64,000 nucleotides of DNA from Candidatus Gorgyraea atricola (GTDB lineage Bacteria; Omnitrophota; Gorgyraeia; Gorgyraeales; Gorgyraeaceae), in the NCBI GenBank assembly GCA_030765235.1, contig JAVCCW010000029.1, positions 311,666 to 375,665 on the forward strand, given 5' to 3'. The number at the start of each line of letters is the position of its first letter. The first letter of the stretch is position 1. The notes under the pieces were generated by a model. That model had not been told where the DNA came from, made no database searches, and was given only the letters and a program-made list of their open reading frames with translations. A program made the translations under genes and the position numbers. This document shows positions 47,990 to 56,857 of this stretch, piece by piece.

Positions 47990-48757
47990 ATGAGGAAGAT
48001 TGGAAAAGGGTATAAACTCATTCTAATATCTATACTAATGGGGGGGGCGTTTTTATCGTCGACTCTTGCCTACCCAGTGTATGGCTTTAACCTAAGACCA
48101 GCACTTAAGTTTCAAGGTCAAAACTCTCTTGGTGAAAATTTACAAAAACTTCGTGATACAGCGGGAAAAATTGACGATGAAATTAGTAAAATTTTTATCT
48201 GCGCAGAAACGCTTTCCGAGGGCATTTCTGCGCCAAATTACTTTCATGATAAATGCATTAAAAACGAGATGTTAATCCTTGAGAAAGGTAAAAAACGTAT
48301 TTATTTAACGCGACAATTAGCTCATCTACTAGGACATTTGTTAAATGAAGTTTCTTTGTTAATTAATCATACAGTGACCAAAGATATAGCAATGCGTTAT
48401 ACAATCAGTATATGCAGAAAATTAGATGTTCTTGCAAGACTAAAAGAAAAAGATTTAATGTTAAGGTTGTTGCAAGGTAACGAAGTATTCAATATATTAG
48501 GTTATCCACCAAATAAAGGACGTATACCAAAAATAGAAAATCGTGATGCCGTTATTTCAAAAGCTCGTGAGTTAATAACTGTGTTTAAAAATGAAGTCAT
48601 AAAGGACGAGCTGTTTGAGCTAGTAAGACTCTGTGACAGAGATCCAAATTTAGTTTTGAAGAAATGGTACGGAAACGAAAATGAGGTAGCTTCAAATTCC
48701 AATATTTCTTATAAGGTAAACTTTGGTTCGGATGAAATTCATAGAACAGGATTGTGA
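47990..48757 (+). CDS. Signal peptide + LRP motif hypothetical protein
   Basis: Basic-hydrophobic N-terminus, then ..TLAYPVYGFNLRPALKF; AT-rich cargo; ends RTGL*. Confidence 0.78.
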   Translation: MRKIGKGYKLILISILMGGAFLSSTLAYPVYGFNLRPALKFQGQNSLGENLQKLRDTAGKIDDEISKIFICAETLSEGISAPNYFHDKCIKNEMLILEKGKKRIYLTRQLAHLLGHLLNEVSLLINHTVTKDIAMRYTISICRKLDVLARLKEKDLMLRLLQGNEVFNILGYPPNKGRIPKIENRDAVISKARELITVFKNEVIKDELFELVRLCDRDPNLVLKKWYGNENEVASNSNISYKVNFGSDEIHRTGL

Positions 48758-48795
48758 TTGGTAAGTTAGTATGGTGGAATCGAATGCCTGTCTTC

Positions 48796-48973
48796 TGCAC
48801 CACTCAGACCAAGGGGGCATGGGGCTTCTTTTACGCGAGCGGGCACGGTGCTAAAGTAGACAAAACAGTCACTGACTGTTTTGTCTACTTTAGTGAGCGA
48901 GCGTAAAAAAAGAGCAAAATTTTCACGCTGGGAAAATTTTGCGTCCCCAGGACCCCTTGGTCTGGGTGGTGCA
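48796..48973. repeat. Multi-branch inverted-repeat element containing REP-like copy 2
   Basis: Outer 29-nt arms (26/29 match); GCAAAATTTTC/GAAAATTTTGC hairpin; nested palindrome 48851-48893. Confidence 0.8.
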
Positions 48974-49062
48974 AGAGGTGTTATGCGATATTTAGAGTAT
49001 TGCATGTCTACAGCTTTTTTCTCTTGCCTTAATTTCTGCTCAGTGGTATATTCATAGACAAG

Positions 49063-51531
49063 ATGAAGACTATAGCTGCTATATATATTATTATAGGTGC
49101 TATACTTGTTGCGCCTTTGACACCTTTATTGGCGCAGGCAGTTGATAGCAATGACTTTATCCTTGCCAAGAAATCCTTCCAGGATGGGTTCTATGAGATC
49201 GCTGCGCGGTCGTTCGAGAAATTCATATCAAATAATCCAAGCAATGAAGGTATCATAGAGGCGCGGCTTCTCTTGGGCGAGTCGCTTGTGCACCTTGAAC
49301 GATTTAATGACGCGATAAAAGAACTCGAAGTGGTTTTGGATTCCGGGGTATCGGGTCTCATCAAGGCCGAGGCGATTTACTGGAAGGCTGAGATATATTT
49401 CAGGACCCGGGACTTTGAAAAGGCAAGAGAGCTTTACGCTAAGCTACTAAATGATCACCCTTCATCCAAATACACGCCTCACGCAGAATATTCCACAGCC
49501 TGGTCCTTATATGAAGAGAAAAAATATGACCAGGCCCTTGATAAATTTTCCGCATTTCTGTCAAACTATCCTTCAGACAAACTAAAGGACGAGGTAGAGC
49601 TGAAGATAGCAGAGACACTTCACAAGCTCAAAGAGTATAAAAAGTCCAAAGAAAAACTTACAGCCTTTATTTCAAGGCAGGATGATCCTGAAAAATTATC
49701 AAGGGCGTATTTCTTGATGGCAGAAAACTCCTACTATTTAGGCCATTACAAAGACGCGCTCCAGTCTTACGAAAAATCCTTAAGCTCAAGCTCTGATCTG
49801 GACAGAGACGTACATGCGATATATGGAAGGGCGTGGAGCTACATCAAGATGCGCAAATACGAAGACGGTCTAATGGAATTTGAAAGATTGCGGGCCTTAA
49901 ATAGAGAAGTCCCTATCATGGATTCTGTCTTGTTTGGGGAAGCAGAATCATTCATAAAGATGCAGAGATTTGAAGAAGCCATAAAGGGCTTTAATGGTAT
50001 TATAGAGAATTTTCCCAGAAGCAGGTGGGCGGCTAATGCCTATCTTGGCAAGGGCGAGGCATTGCACAGGTTAGGACTGTACGAAGATGCCGTCAAGGTC
50101 TTGCAGCAGGGGCTAAAGCTCTTCCCTTCGAGTGAATATTCAGATGATATGCGACATAATCTGGCATGGACATATTTTAAAATGGATAGGTTTGATGATG
50201 TAGTTAGAGAGTTTACCAGGGTAATAAAGGAGTCGGACAGTGATTTCTACCGCATATCCGCGTATTGCAGATTGGGTGATGTCTACGTCCAGAGAGACGA
50301 ACCCAAAAAGGCCTTAGATGTGTATGACATGGTCATTAAAGAGGCCAATGTCAATCCTGACGCAGTATTTGGTTATGTGGATTACGCGCAGTATCAAATA
50401 GGACGCATCCTTTTTAAATTAGAAAGATTTGAAGGCGCTATCCTGACATTTCAGAGCCTATTAAAGAATTATCCTGATTCAAGCAACACAGAAGATGCTA
50501 TGTTTGGTCTGGCTGTAGCGCATTTTAAAAAAGGGGCTTTTGAATCTTCGATCCGCGAGATAGAAAATTTATTGGACAAGTTTAAAAGCAGTAAATACGA
50601 ACGAGAGGCCAATTTTTATCTGGCAAAAGCGCATTATAATATTGCGAACTACAGAGAGGCGTTACGTATATTTAAGGCTATATCATCGACAGGGACTGCT
50701 TCAGAATCTTCGACCAGGGCATTTTATGAGATGGGGTGGTGCTATTATAAGACAGGGGATACCCATAAGGCCTTGGCGCACTTTGAGAATTTTATTAATA
50801 TCTACCCTGAAGATGCCTTGTCTGAGGACGCGCGTTTCTGGCTCGCAGAGCAATATGCAAATAAAAAGGCAATTGAGAAGGCTGAAAAATACTTCCGTGA
50901 TGTGATCAAGAACTATCCTGGAGGGGTATTGGCTGACGATGCAGAATACAGGCTTGCTATCATGGCTTATGAGAATGGAGACAAAAATAAAAGCATCAGG
51001 ATGTTAAATCGATTAAAGGAAAATTATCCGGAAAGCGAACTCCTTCCTGTGGCTGAGCTTAAGGTAATCGAGATATCGATCAAGAAAAAGAATTTTGTAA
51101 GGGCAAAGGAGCTCCTGGAGAAATTCATGAAGGATTATAAAGAGACATCATATATAAAGGTTGCCTCCAGGTATTTCGCAGACATATTAAGGACAGAGGG
51201 AGATATGGAAAAGGCTATAGATTATTACAAGAAGGCCCTGGATAATAGACGCGGAGATTTTAACGCGAATATACAATATCTGGTAGCAGAGCTTTACGAG
51301 GGCTTAGGCGGTCTTGATGATGCAGTCGCAGAATATATGAAGGTCGGGTATATATATCCTGATTCTACACAGACCGTTGTTAAATCTCAGCTGGCCTGCG
51401 CTAAGATATTCGAGAAACAAAAAAAATGGCAAGACGCAGAGAAGCTTTATAAAAAGGTCTCTGTGATGGAGGTCAATGAGTCGATGTATGCGAGAGAGAG
51501 ATTGGAGTGGATAAGGAGAAATAAACGCTAA
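49063..51531 (+). CDS. Exported multi-TPR protein
   Basis: Signal peptide (..LLAQA); many A..Y..A/G..Y TPRs with YPxS turns (BamD/CpoB-like). Confidence 0.92.
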   Translation: MKTIAAIYIIIGAILVAPLTPLLAQAVDSNDFILAKKSFQDGFYEIAARSFEKFISNNPSNEGIIEARLLLGESLVHLERFNDAIKELEVVLDSGVSGLIKAEAIYWKAEIYFRTRDFEKARELYAKLLNDHPSSKYTPHAEYSTAWSLYEEKKYDQALDKFSAFLSNYPSDKLKDEVELKIAETLHKLKEYKKSKEKLTAFISRQDDPEKLSRAYFLMAENSYYLGHYKDALQSYEKSLSSSSDLDRDVHAIYGRAWSYIKMRKYEDGLMEFERLRALNREVPIMDSVLFGEAESFIKMQRFEEAIKGFNGIIENFPRSRWAANAYLGKGEALHRLGLYEDAVKVLQQGLKLFPSSEYSDDMRHNLAWTYFKMDRFDDVVREFTRVIKESDSDFYRISAYCRLGDVYVQRDEPKKALDVYDMVIKEANVNPDAVFGYVDYAQYQIGRILFKLERFEGAILTFQSLLKNYPDSSNTEDAMFGLAVAHFKKGAFESSIREIENLLDKFKSSKYEREANFYLAKAHYNIANYREALRIFKAISSTGTASESSTRAFYEMGWCYYKTGDTHKALAHFENFINIYPEDALSEDARFWLAEQYANKKAIEKAEKYFRDVIKNYPGGVLADDAEYRLAIMAYENGDKNKSIRMLNRLKENYPESELLPVAELKVIEISIKKKNFVRAKELLEKFMKDYKETSYIKVASRYFADILRTEGDMEKAIDYYKKALDNRRGDFNANIQYLVAELYEGLGGLDDAVAEYMKVGYIYPDSTQTVVKSQLACAKIFEKQKKWQDAEKLYKKVSVMEVNESMYARERLEWIRRNKR

Positions 51532-51547
51532 GAAGGAGGGAAGGAAT

Positions 51548-52165
51548 ATGTTCGAACTAATCCAAAAAGGTGGACCAGTGATGTACCCTATTGCATTGTG
51601 TTCAGTATTGGCTTTTGCCATAGTGATAGAGAGATTTTATTATCTTTACAAGGCAAAGATAGATACAAGAGATTTCATGAGCAACATAGAGATCACCATA
51701 AAGCGCAATAGGATAGCAGAGGCGATAAAGATCTGTGAAAAGACATCAGGCCCTATCGCCCATATAATCAAGGCAGGGATCTTAAAGCATGATAGGTCCA
51801 GGCAGGAGATAAGAGAATCTATTGAAGATGCTGGACATCAGGAAGTCCCGAGACTTGAAAGACACATAAGCCTTCTAGCAACAATAGCGCATATTGCGCC
51901 GCTTTTGGGACTATTGGGTACTGTTACAGGGATGGTCAGGGCATTTCAGATAATCCAGGAGAAATCTGTTTCATTTAATCCTGTGAGCCCTGGAGATTTA
52001 GCAGGCGGCATATGGGAGGCGCTTTTGACTACAGTAGCTGGTCTTATCGTTGCTATTCCTACAGTCGTGGCGTACAACTACATGGTTAGCAGAATCGAGG
52101 AGTTTGTACTTGAGATGGAACGCAGCGCAACAGAAGTGACAGATATGCTGTCACAGAGAGCGTAA
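51548..52165 (+). CDS. MotA/TolQ/ExbB proton channel protein
   Basis: GGPVM, APLLGLLGTVTGM, GIWEALLTTVAGL. Confidence 0.95.
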   Translation: MFELIQKGGPVMYPIALCSVLAFAIVIERFYYLYKAKIDTRDFMSNIEITIKRNRIAEAIKICEKTSGPIAHIIKAGILKHDRSRQEIRESIEDAGHQEVPRLERHISLLATIAHIAPLLGLLGTVTGMVRAFQIIQEKSVSFNPVSPGDLAGGIWEALLTTVAGLIVAIPTVVAYNYMVSRIEEFVLEMERSATEVTDMLSQRA

Positions 52166-52180
52166 ACAAGGAGTTCTACT

Positions 52181-52582
52181 ATGAGATTTAAACGTCATGT
52201 CCAATTCAAAAAAGGTCATCTAGATATTGCGCCGCTTATTGATTGTATCTTTCTGCTTCTGATATTCTTTCTTCTGACATCAAATTTTATATTTCAGCCA
52301 GGAATAAAGATAGATCTTCCAAAGGCAGTAACAAGCGAAGTCGTGCAGGAGAATACACTGGTGATCACAGTAACATCGGATAACAGGTTTTATCTGAACG
52401 AGGCGCCCATAACCTTTGCTGAGTTAAAGAGTAAATTAAAGCGTATAGCTGGCAAGGACAAACCTATTTTAATAAAATCAGATAGGGATGTCGCATTAGG
52501 CAAGGTAGTGGGTATCTGGGATTTTTGCAGGGATATAGGTGTTACGCAGGTAAATATAGCAACGAACCAGGAAGTTAGATAG
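52181..52582 (+). CDS. ExbD/TolR family protein
   Basis: IAPLIDCIFLLLIFF with the conserved Asp; I.LP.A. Confidence 0.94.
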   Translation: MRFKRHVQFKKGHLDIAPLIDCIFLLLIFFLLTSNFIFQPGIKIDLPKAVTSEVVQENTLVITVTSDNRFYLNEAPITFAELKSKLKRIAGKDKPILIKSDRDVALGKVVGIWDFCRDIGVTQVNIATNQEVR

Positions 52583-52590
52583 AGATGCAT

Positions 52591-52713
52591 AAATCCCAAA
52601 TCCCAATAATACCAATACTACCAAATAAATCCCAATCTCCAAATCCCAAACATGGTTTTGGATTTGGGATTTTGGATTTATTTGGGATTTGGTAGTATTG
52701 GGATTTGGGATTT
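52591..52713. repeat. AAATCCC heptamer element with inverted GGGATTT arm
   Basis: CA-rich left arm and GT-rich right arm, mutually complementary, e.g. CAATACTACCAAAT / ATTTGGTAGTATTG. Confidence 0.92.
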
Positions 52714-52720
52714 TTTAAAT

Positions 52721-53377
52721 ATGTTACTAAAAGACCGAAATCTAAACATTGCGATAATAGTATCCGCATCGTGGCATCTTGTCTGCATGTTCTCAGTAAG
52801 CCCTGTGCTTATATCGCCAGACATAAGAAAGGACTATGCAGCTGTTTCGTTCCTGGGCTCTATTTTAGAGAAGGTCAAACCTCTCCCGGAAAAATCAATA
52901 GATCTCGATAAGAGTTCTTTTGTAGAAAAACTAGAAGAGAGAAAGACAGTTCACTTAGATGATTTTGAGCTTGGTTTACCAGAGGTATTTTCAAGGTCTG
53001 CGCAGGCCAAGTCAGATAAAGAAGAAATTGATCTTTCAGTAAAGAAAGATGTTGGCTTTATTTCGGAACTGTATTCTAGTGATAGAGGAAAGAGGAGGCT
53101 TCGTTTTAAGGATGCCTTGGTTGGCGGCGATGCTAAAAATAGAACCCTGTTATATAAACCGGATTTACCAAAGTTACCATATTTACTCTCTGGTTTTTAT
53201 GAGGCGACTATCAGGTTTATAGTGTCAAAAGATGGCATCCTCAGAGATCCAGAGTGTATTGTCTCCAGTGGTTCTTCTGAGATAGATCAGCTTGCTATAA
53301 GATACATAAGAAGGTGGCAATTCGCGCCGCATGATGAGGATCAAGAGGGCATTGTGAGGATTAAATTTGGTGACTAG
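52721..53377 (+). CDS. TonB-like energy transducer
   Basis: N-terminal S...H TM anchor (SASWH); C-terminal SSG..ID..A...RRWQF.P; ATG 52721 preferred because the upstream extension is repeat-derived. Confidence 0.82.
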   Translation: MLLKDRNLNIAIIVSASWHLVCMFSVSPVLISPDIRKDYAAVSFLGSILEKVKPLPEKSIDLDKSSFVEKLEERKTVHLDDFELGLPEVFSRSAQAKSDKEEIDLSVKKDVGFISELYSSDRGKRRLRFKDALVGGDAKNRTLLYKPDLPKLPYLLSGFYEATIRFIVSKDGILRDPECIVSSGSSEIDQLAIRYIRRWQFAPHDEDQEGIVRIKFGD

Positions 53378-53383
53378 TGACCT

Positions 53384-53617
53384 ATGGTAAGAATAGAATT
53401 CTCATTAGCTATTTCGCTATATCTTATTATAACAATATGCGTGATCTTGGCGGCGTGGATAATATGCGAAAAGAAAAAGACACTAGAATTATTTTCTTCC
53501 GAAAAGAATTTTTTCTGGCAATGCGATATATGCACTTATGTATATGTTGACAGTAGGCATGCTGCTATTTCAACATGTCCCAGGTGCGGGAGTTATAACA
53601 AGAAAGCTGACAGCTGA
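53384..53617 (+). CDS. Small membrane protein with zinc-ribbon (CDIC...CPRC)
   Basis: TM segment followed by two CxxC pairs. Confidence 0.8.
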   Translation: MVRIEFSLAISLYLIITICVILAAWIICEKKKTLELFSSEKNFFWQCDICTYVYVDSRHAAISTCPRCGSYNKKADS

Positions 53618-53638
53618 TAGCTGAAAGCTGATAGCTAG
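53604..53638 (+). repeat. (NAGCTGA)x5 heptamer run overlapping a stop codon
   Basis: AAGCTGA CAGCTGA TAGCTGA AAGCTGA TAGCTAG. Confidence 0.88.
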
Positions 53639-53651
53639 CAAGGAGGTATAT

Positions 53652-53918
53652 ATGGCAGAAGCAAAAGCAAGGGCAGAAGAGAAGCTGCCTATTGGTCCAC
53701 CTTTAAAGGTGCTGGACTACAGGACCATAAGCAAGGGTTTTGGCTGGTGGTCAGCAGTGGTTCTGATCGAGTCATGGGGCAATAAGAGATTATGTCTTTA
53801 CCTATGGCAAAAATCAGACACTGGCTGGAAAAGAAAACAGAAGTATACCATACACAGTCAGGAACGCTGGCGCTTGATCCTAGGGTCGATAGAAGAATTG
53901 ATAGGCGATTTACAATAA
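53652..53918 (+). CDS. Hypothetical protein (Trp-rich, 88 aa)
   Basis: Strong RBS AAGGAGG; co-oriented with the cluster. Confidence 0.75.
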   Translation: MAEAKARAEEKLPIGPPLKVLDYRTISKGFGWWSAVVLIESWGNKRLCLYLWQKSDTGWKRKQKYTIHSQERWRLILGSIEELIGDLQ

Positions 53919-53945
53919 TCGCGGAATCTACGCGCAAGGTATTAT

Positions 53946-54353
53946 ATGTTGAATATAAATAACAATAAGGGTGTAGCCTTGTTTATAAGCTTAGCTTTAC
54001 TGTTGCTGCTGTCTACAGGCGCAATAGTATTTCTTTTGACAGCATATAACTCTGTAAATATCAATGAGGCTATTGCAAGAAAAAAGCGAGCTATCATTGT
54101 AGCAGAAGCAGGCATTAACTATGCCTATTGGAAGATCCGGATTAACGAAGATGATGCTGGAGACCCCATGAGCGACTATTTCCCTTCCCCTGGCACTTGT
54201 ACATTCACAACAGAAGATACCCCTCCAGATATTCCTATTTCCCTGTTGCCAGGTTGGACTTTACAGGTCGATGTAGTTGATTTAGTAGGCACTGGCCGCA
54301 AGACAATAAACTCAACTGTTACCTATCCCAAGTCATCCGTTTTTAGCCCATAA
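53946..54353 (+). CDS. PilX/GspK-like minor pilin
   Basis: NKG|VALF class III signal lacking Glu5; AEAGI..A motif. Confidence 0.75.
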   Translation: MLNINNNKGVALFISLALLLLLSTGAIVFLLTAYNSVNINEAIARKKRAIIVAEAGINYAYWKIRINEDDAGDPMSDYFPSPGTCTFTTEDTPPDIPISLLPGWTLQVDVVDLVGTGRKTINSTVTYPKSSVFSP

Positions 54354-54414
54354 AAATCTAATTACATAACTCATTTATTTATATATAGTTATGTATCCTT
54401 TCCAGCTCCCTACC

Positions 54415-54443
54415 TTGACAAAGTAAGTTCCTTATGGTATATT
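54415..54443 (+). promoter_or_regulatory. Sigma70 promoter of the pil operon
   Basis: TTGACA-17 nt-TATATT with extended TG. Confidence 0.75.
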
Positions 54444-54487
54444 TTATTTCACCTAACTCTAGGTAAGTGCATTAGGGGGTGTTATAG

Positions 54488-54676
54488 ATGACTAGACTCA
54501 TGGATACTGATGAATTGGCCAGATATCTTAAGTTGGAAAAGCAGACTATTTATAATTGGCTTCATCAAAAGAAGATTTCAGGCATAAAGGTTGGACATGT
54601 CTGGAGATTTGATAAGCGGTCAATTGATAAATGGTTGTCTTCCAATCTGATCGAGGCCAAAGCAAAGGTAAAATAA
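54488..54676 (+). CDS. Excisionase-like HTH (HTH_17) protein
   Basis: LMDTDELARYLKL..QTIYNW...I.G.KVG..WRF....D.W. Confidence 0.9.
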   Translation: MTRLMDTDELARYLKLEKQTIYNWLHQKKISGIKVGHVWRFDKRSIDKWLSSNLIEAKAKVK

Positions 54677-54689
54677 ACAGGGATCTGCT

Positions 54690-56303
54690 ATGAATAAGAA
54701 TCTCCTGGCTATTACAAAACAGGTAGTAGGTCTATATGTAAGTAATGATACTGTAGATCTCGTTGTGCTTAAGGGGACCTTAAAAGGTCCAAAACTTGTT
54801 AAGTTTGGCCAGACAGCTATATATCCAAAGAAACAAGAAGCTCAGGCAGCAGTGGTCGAGTCTCAGGATGATGCTGCGCCTTTGGCAAGCAAGCTCTCCC
54901 AGCAAAAGACGGAAGAAAAAACCAGGGATGACTATGTAGTCGAGGCTATACAAAGAGTTTTCAGGGACAACAATGTCAAGCCAGGTAATGTAGTCACTGC
55001 TATTTCGAGCGAAGAAACAATGGTGCGCTATTTTCAAATGCCGAAGATACCAAAACAGGAATGGTCATCAGCAATAAATTTTGAGGCAAAGCGCTATATC
55101 CCTTTCCGCATGGAGGATGTGGCTTCAGATTTTCAGGTGATAAAAGGGTCGTCTTCCGATAGCAGTATGGATGTTGTATTTGCCGCAGTGAAGCAAAAGG
55201 CAATAGCAGACTTTGTAAGCCTGATCGAACGCGCAGGCGTGAAACCTGTTATTGTAGAACCATCGCCTTTTAGTCTTATAAGGGCCTTTAATGCAGCTGA
55301 ACAGATAAGCAATAAGGTAAATACCGCAATCGTCAATATAACTACGAATTCAGCAAATATAACCATACTTAGAAACGGAGTCCCATATATAATTAGAGAT
55401 ATTCCTCTTGACGAGAGCGCCCCGGGCGATGGCTCGCTTGATCCTGTATTTGAAAAGCTCCTTTCTGAGATAAGGTTGTCATTTGATTTTTATGAGAAGC
55501 AATTTCCATCAGAGGTGATCGACAAGATAATCATCTATAGCCAATTACCCATTGAGAACTGGCATGAATTAGTAGGCAAGGAACTGCAGATACCTGTAGA
55601 GGTTGGTGATCCGCTGAGGGGGGTAAGGGTTAAAAAAGATATAGTGCCTCCTAAACTCGCTATTGCCTTTGGCCTTGCGCTCAGAGGTCTTTCAGAAACT
55701 TTTATAGGAGTGAATCTATGTAAAGAAAGGCTGCTTGTTTATAAGCATAAAGAGATATTCTTAAGGACCGCATTTCTCGAGGCGTCTGCTGCAATATTGT
55801 TGCTGATAATATTAAGGGTGATATGCATGAAGATGATAGCCCCGCTTCCAAAGGAGCTCGATCGTACTTTATCTGAAAGGCCAAAGGTCGAGGTCAATAT
55901 AAAGGATAGTTCTATAGATACTTTAGAGAGAATGAAGAATGAGATGGAGGCAAAGAGGCATTTGATGGAGAATATCATCTTGAGCAGGACATATTTTACG
56001 GATAGATTAGTAGAATTAGCAGAGTTGATACCCAAGGACGTATGGCTTACTGAGATAGATTTTGAAGAGAAGATAGATAAAAAGAATGTGTCTAAGATTT
56101 CCAGAAGGCTCAGTCTCAGAGGCTACTGCATAATCGGCGAGAATAAAAATGAGGCAGATACTGTCAATAATTTTTTGATAGATTTAAAACAGAGTACTGC
56201 CATACAGAATGGTATGACGAGGGCGGATATCGTGTCTGTTGAGAAGACAGAGATACGAGGAGAAGGGGCAGCGAGTTTCGAGATATTATTCATTGGCCCG
56301 TGA
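54690..56303 (+). CDS. pilM: PilM-PilN fusion (type IV pilus alignment complex)
   Basis: FEAKRYIPF, EIRLSFDFY, AFGLALRG, then VNL + TM + IP.DVWL (PilN-like). Confidence 0.85.
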   Translation: MNKNLLAITKQVVGLYVSNDTVDLVVLKGTLKGPKLVKFGQTAIYPKKQEAQAAVVESQDDAAPLASKLSQQKTEEKTRDDYVVEAIQRVFRDNNVKPGNVVTAISSEETMVRYFQMPKIPKQEWSSAINFEAKRYIPFRMEDVASDFQVIKGSSSDSSMDVVFAAVKQKAIADFVSLIERAGVKPVIVEPSPFSLIRAFNAAEQISNKVNTAIVNITTNSANITILRNGVPYIIRDIPLDESAPGDGSLDPVFEKLLSEIRLSFDFYEKQFPSEVIDKIIIYSQLPIENWHELVGKELQIPVEVGDPLRGVRVKKDIVPPKLAIAFGLALRGLSETFIGVNLCKERLLVYKHKEIFLRTAFLEASAAILLLIILRVICMKMIAPLPKELDRTLSERPKVEVNIKDSSIDTLERMKNEMEAKRHLMENIILSRTYFTDRLVELAELIPKDVWLTEIDFEEKIDKKNVSKISRRLSLRGYCIIGENKNEADTVNNFLIDLKQSTAIQNGMTRADIVSVEKTEIRGEGAASFEILFIGP

Positions 56304-56307
56304 TATT

Positions 56308-56856
56308 ATGAAAAAACCTGCGACCAAAAAAATAAGCAAGACCCTTATACTGACTGCAGTAGTAGTTGTCGTCACGCTGTTTATCGGTATAGTATTTATT
56401 TTTATACCGTTTTTAAGTAAAAGCAGGTCCTTTAGGGCTGATATATTGCAGGAAAGGGACAGAAATATTCTTATTGGCACAGTGAGGGCGCTTGACAAGC
56501 ACCTGAAGGTTTACGAAAAAAGGCTGCCAGAAGGAAGGGGTGTTTCATGGCTTTTGAGCCAGATCTCTGATATGGCGGCAGAAGAAGGCATAGATATGGC
56601 TTCTATAAAACCAGGTACGCCAGAGAAAAGAGGCCTATACACTAAATTATATGTAGAAATGGATATTACCTCTACGTATCATCAGCTTGGCAGGTTTATA
56701 TCTAAGGTTGAATCGTCAGAGAAATTCTTAAGAGTCGAACGTATCAATACAAAGAGGCTTGACGAGAATGCGGATTTTGAGGCAGGCGATTCAAAGGTCA
56801 AGGCCTTTGACACGAAGTCACACATTGTGATCAGCATGGTAGTTTTAAAGGAATAA
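56308..56856 (+). CDS. pilO: PilO-like protein
   Basis: TM, LP, YHQLGRFISKVE; position after pilMN. Confidence 0.82.
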   Translation: MKKPATKKISKTLILTAVVVVVTLFIGIVFIFIPFLSKSRSFRADILQERDRNILIGTVRALDKHLKVYEKRLPEGRGVSWLLSQISDMAAEEGIDMASIKPGTPEKRGLYTKLYVEMDITSTYHQLGRFISKVESSEKFLRVERINTKRLDENADFEAGDSKVKAFDTKSHIVISMVVLKE

Positions 56857-56857
56857 A

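Noticed and set aside
268-53638. CRISPR array interpretation of the repeats
   Set aside because: There are no regularly spaced 25-45-bp repeats with unique spacers and no cas genes.
54488-54676. Prophage or ICE excisionase
   Set aside because: No integrase, att site or phage genes are nearby; the gene is embedded in the pil operon.
1819-56307. Extended N-termini in the ORF track (1819, 14234, 16016, 23743, 24355, 31190, 34564, 40769, 52652, 56239)
   Set aside because: The extensions run through promoters, repeats or upstream genes; downstream starts fit family N-termini and RBS positions better.
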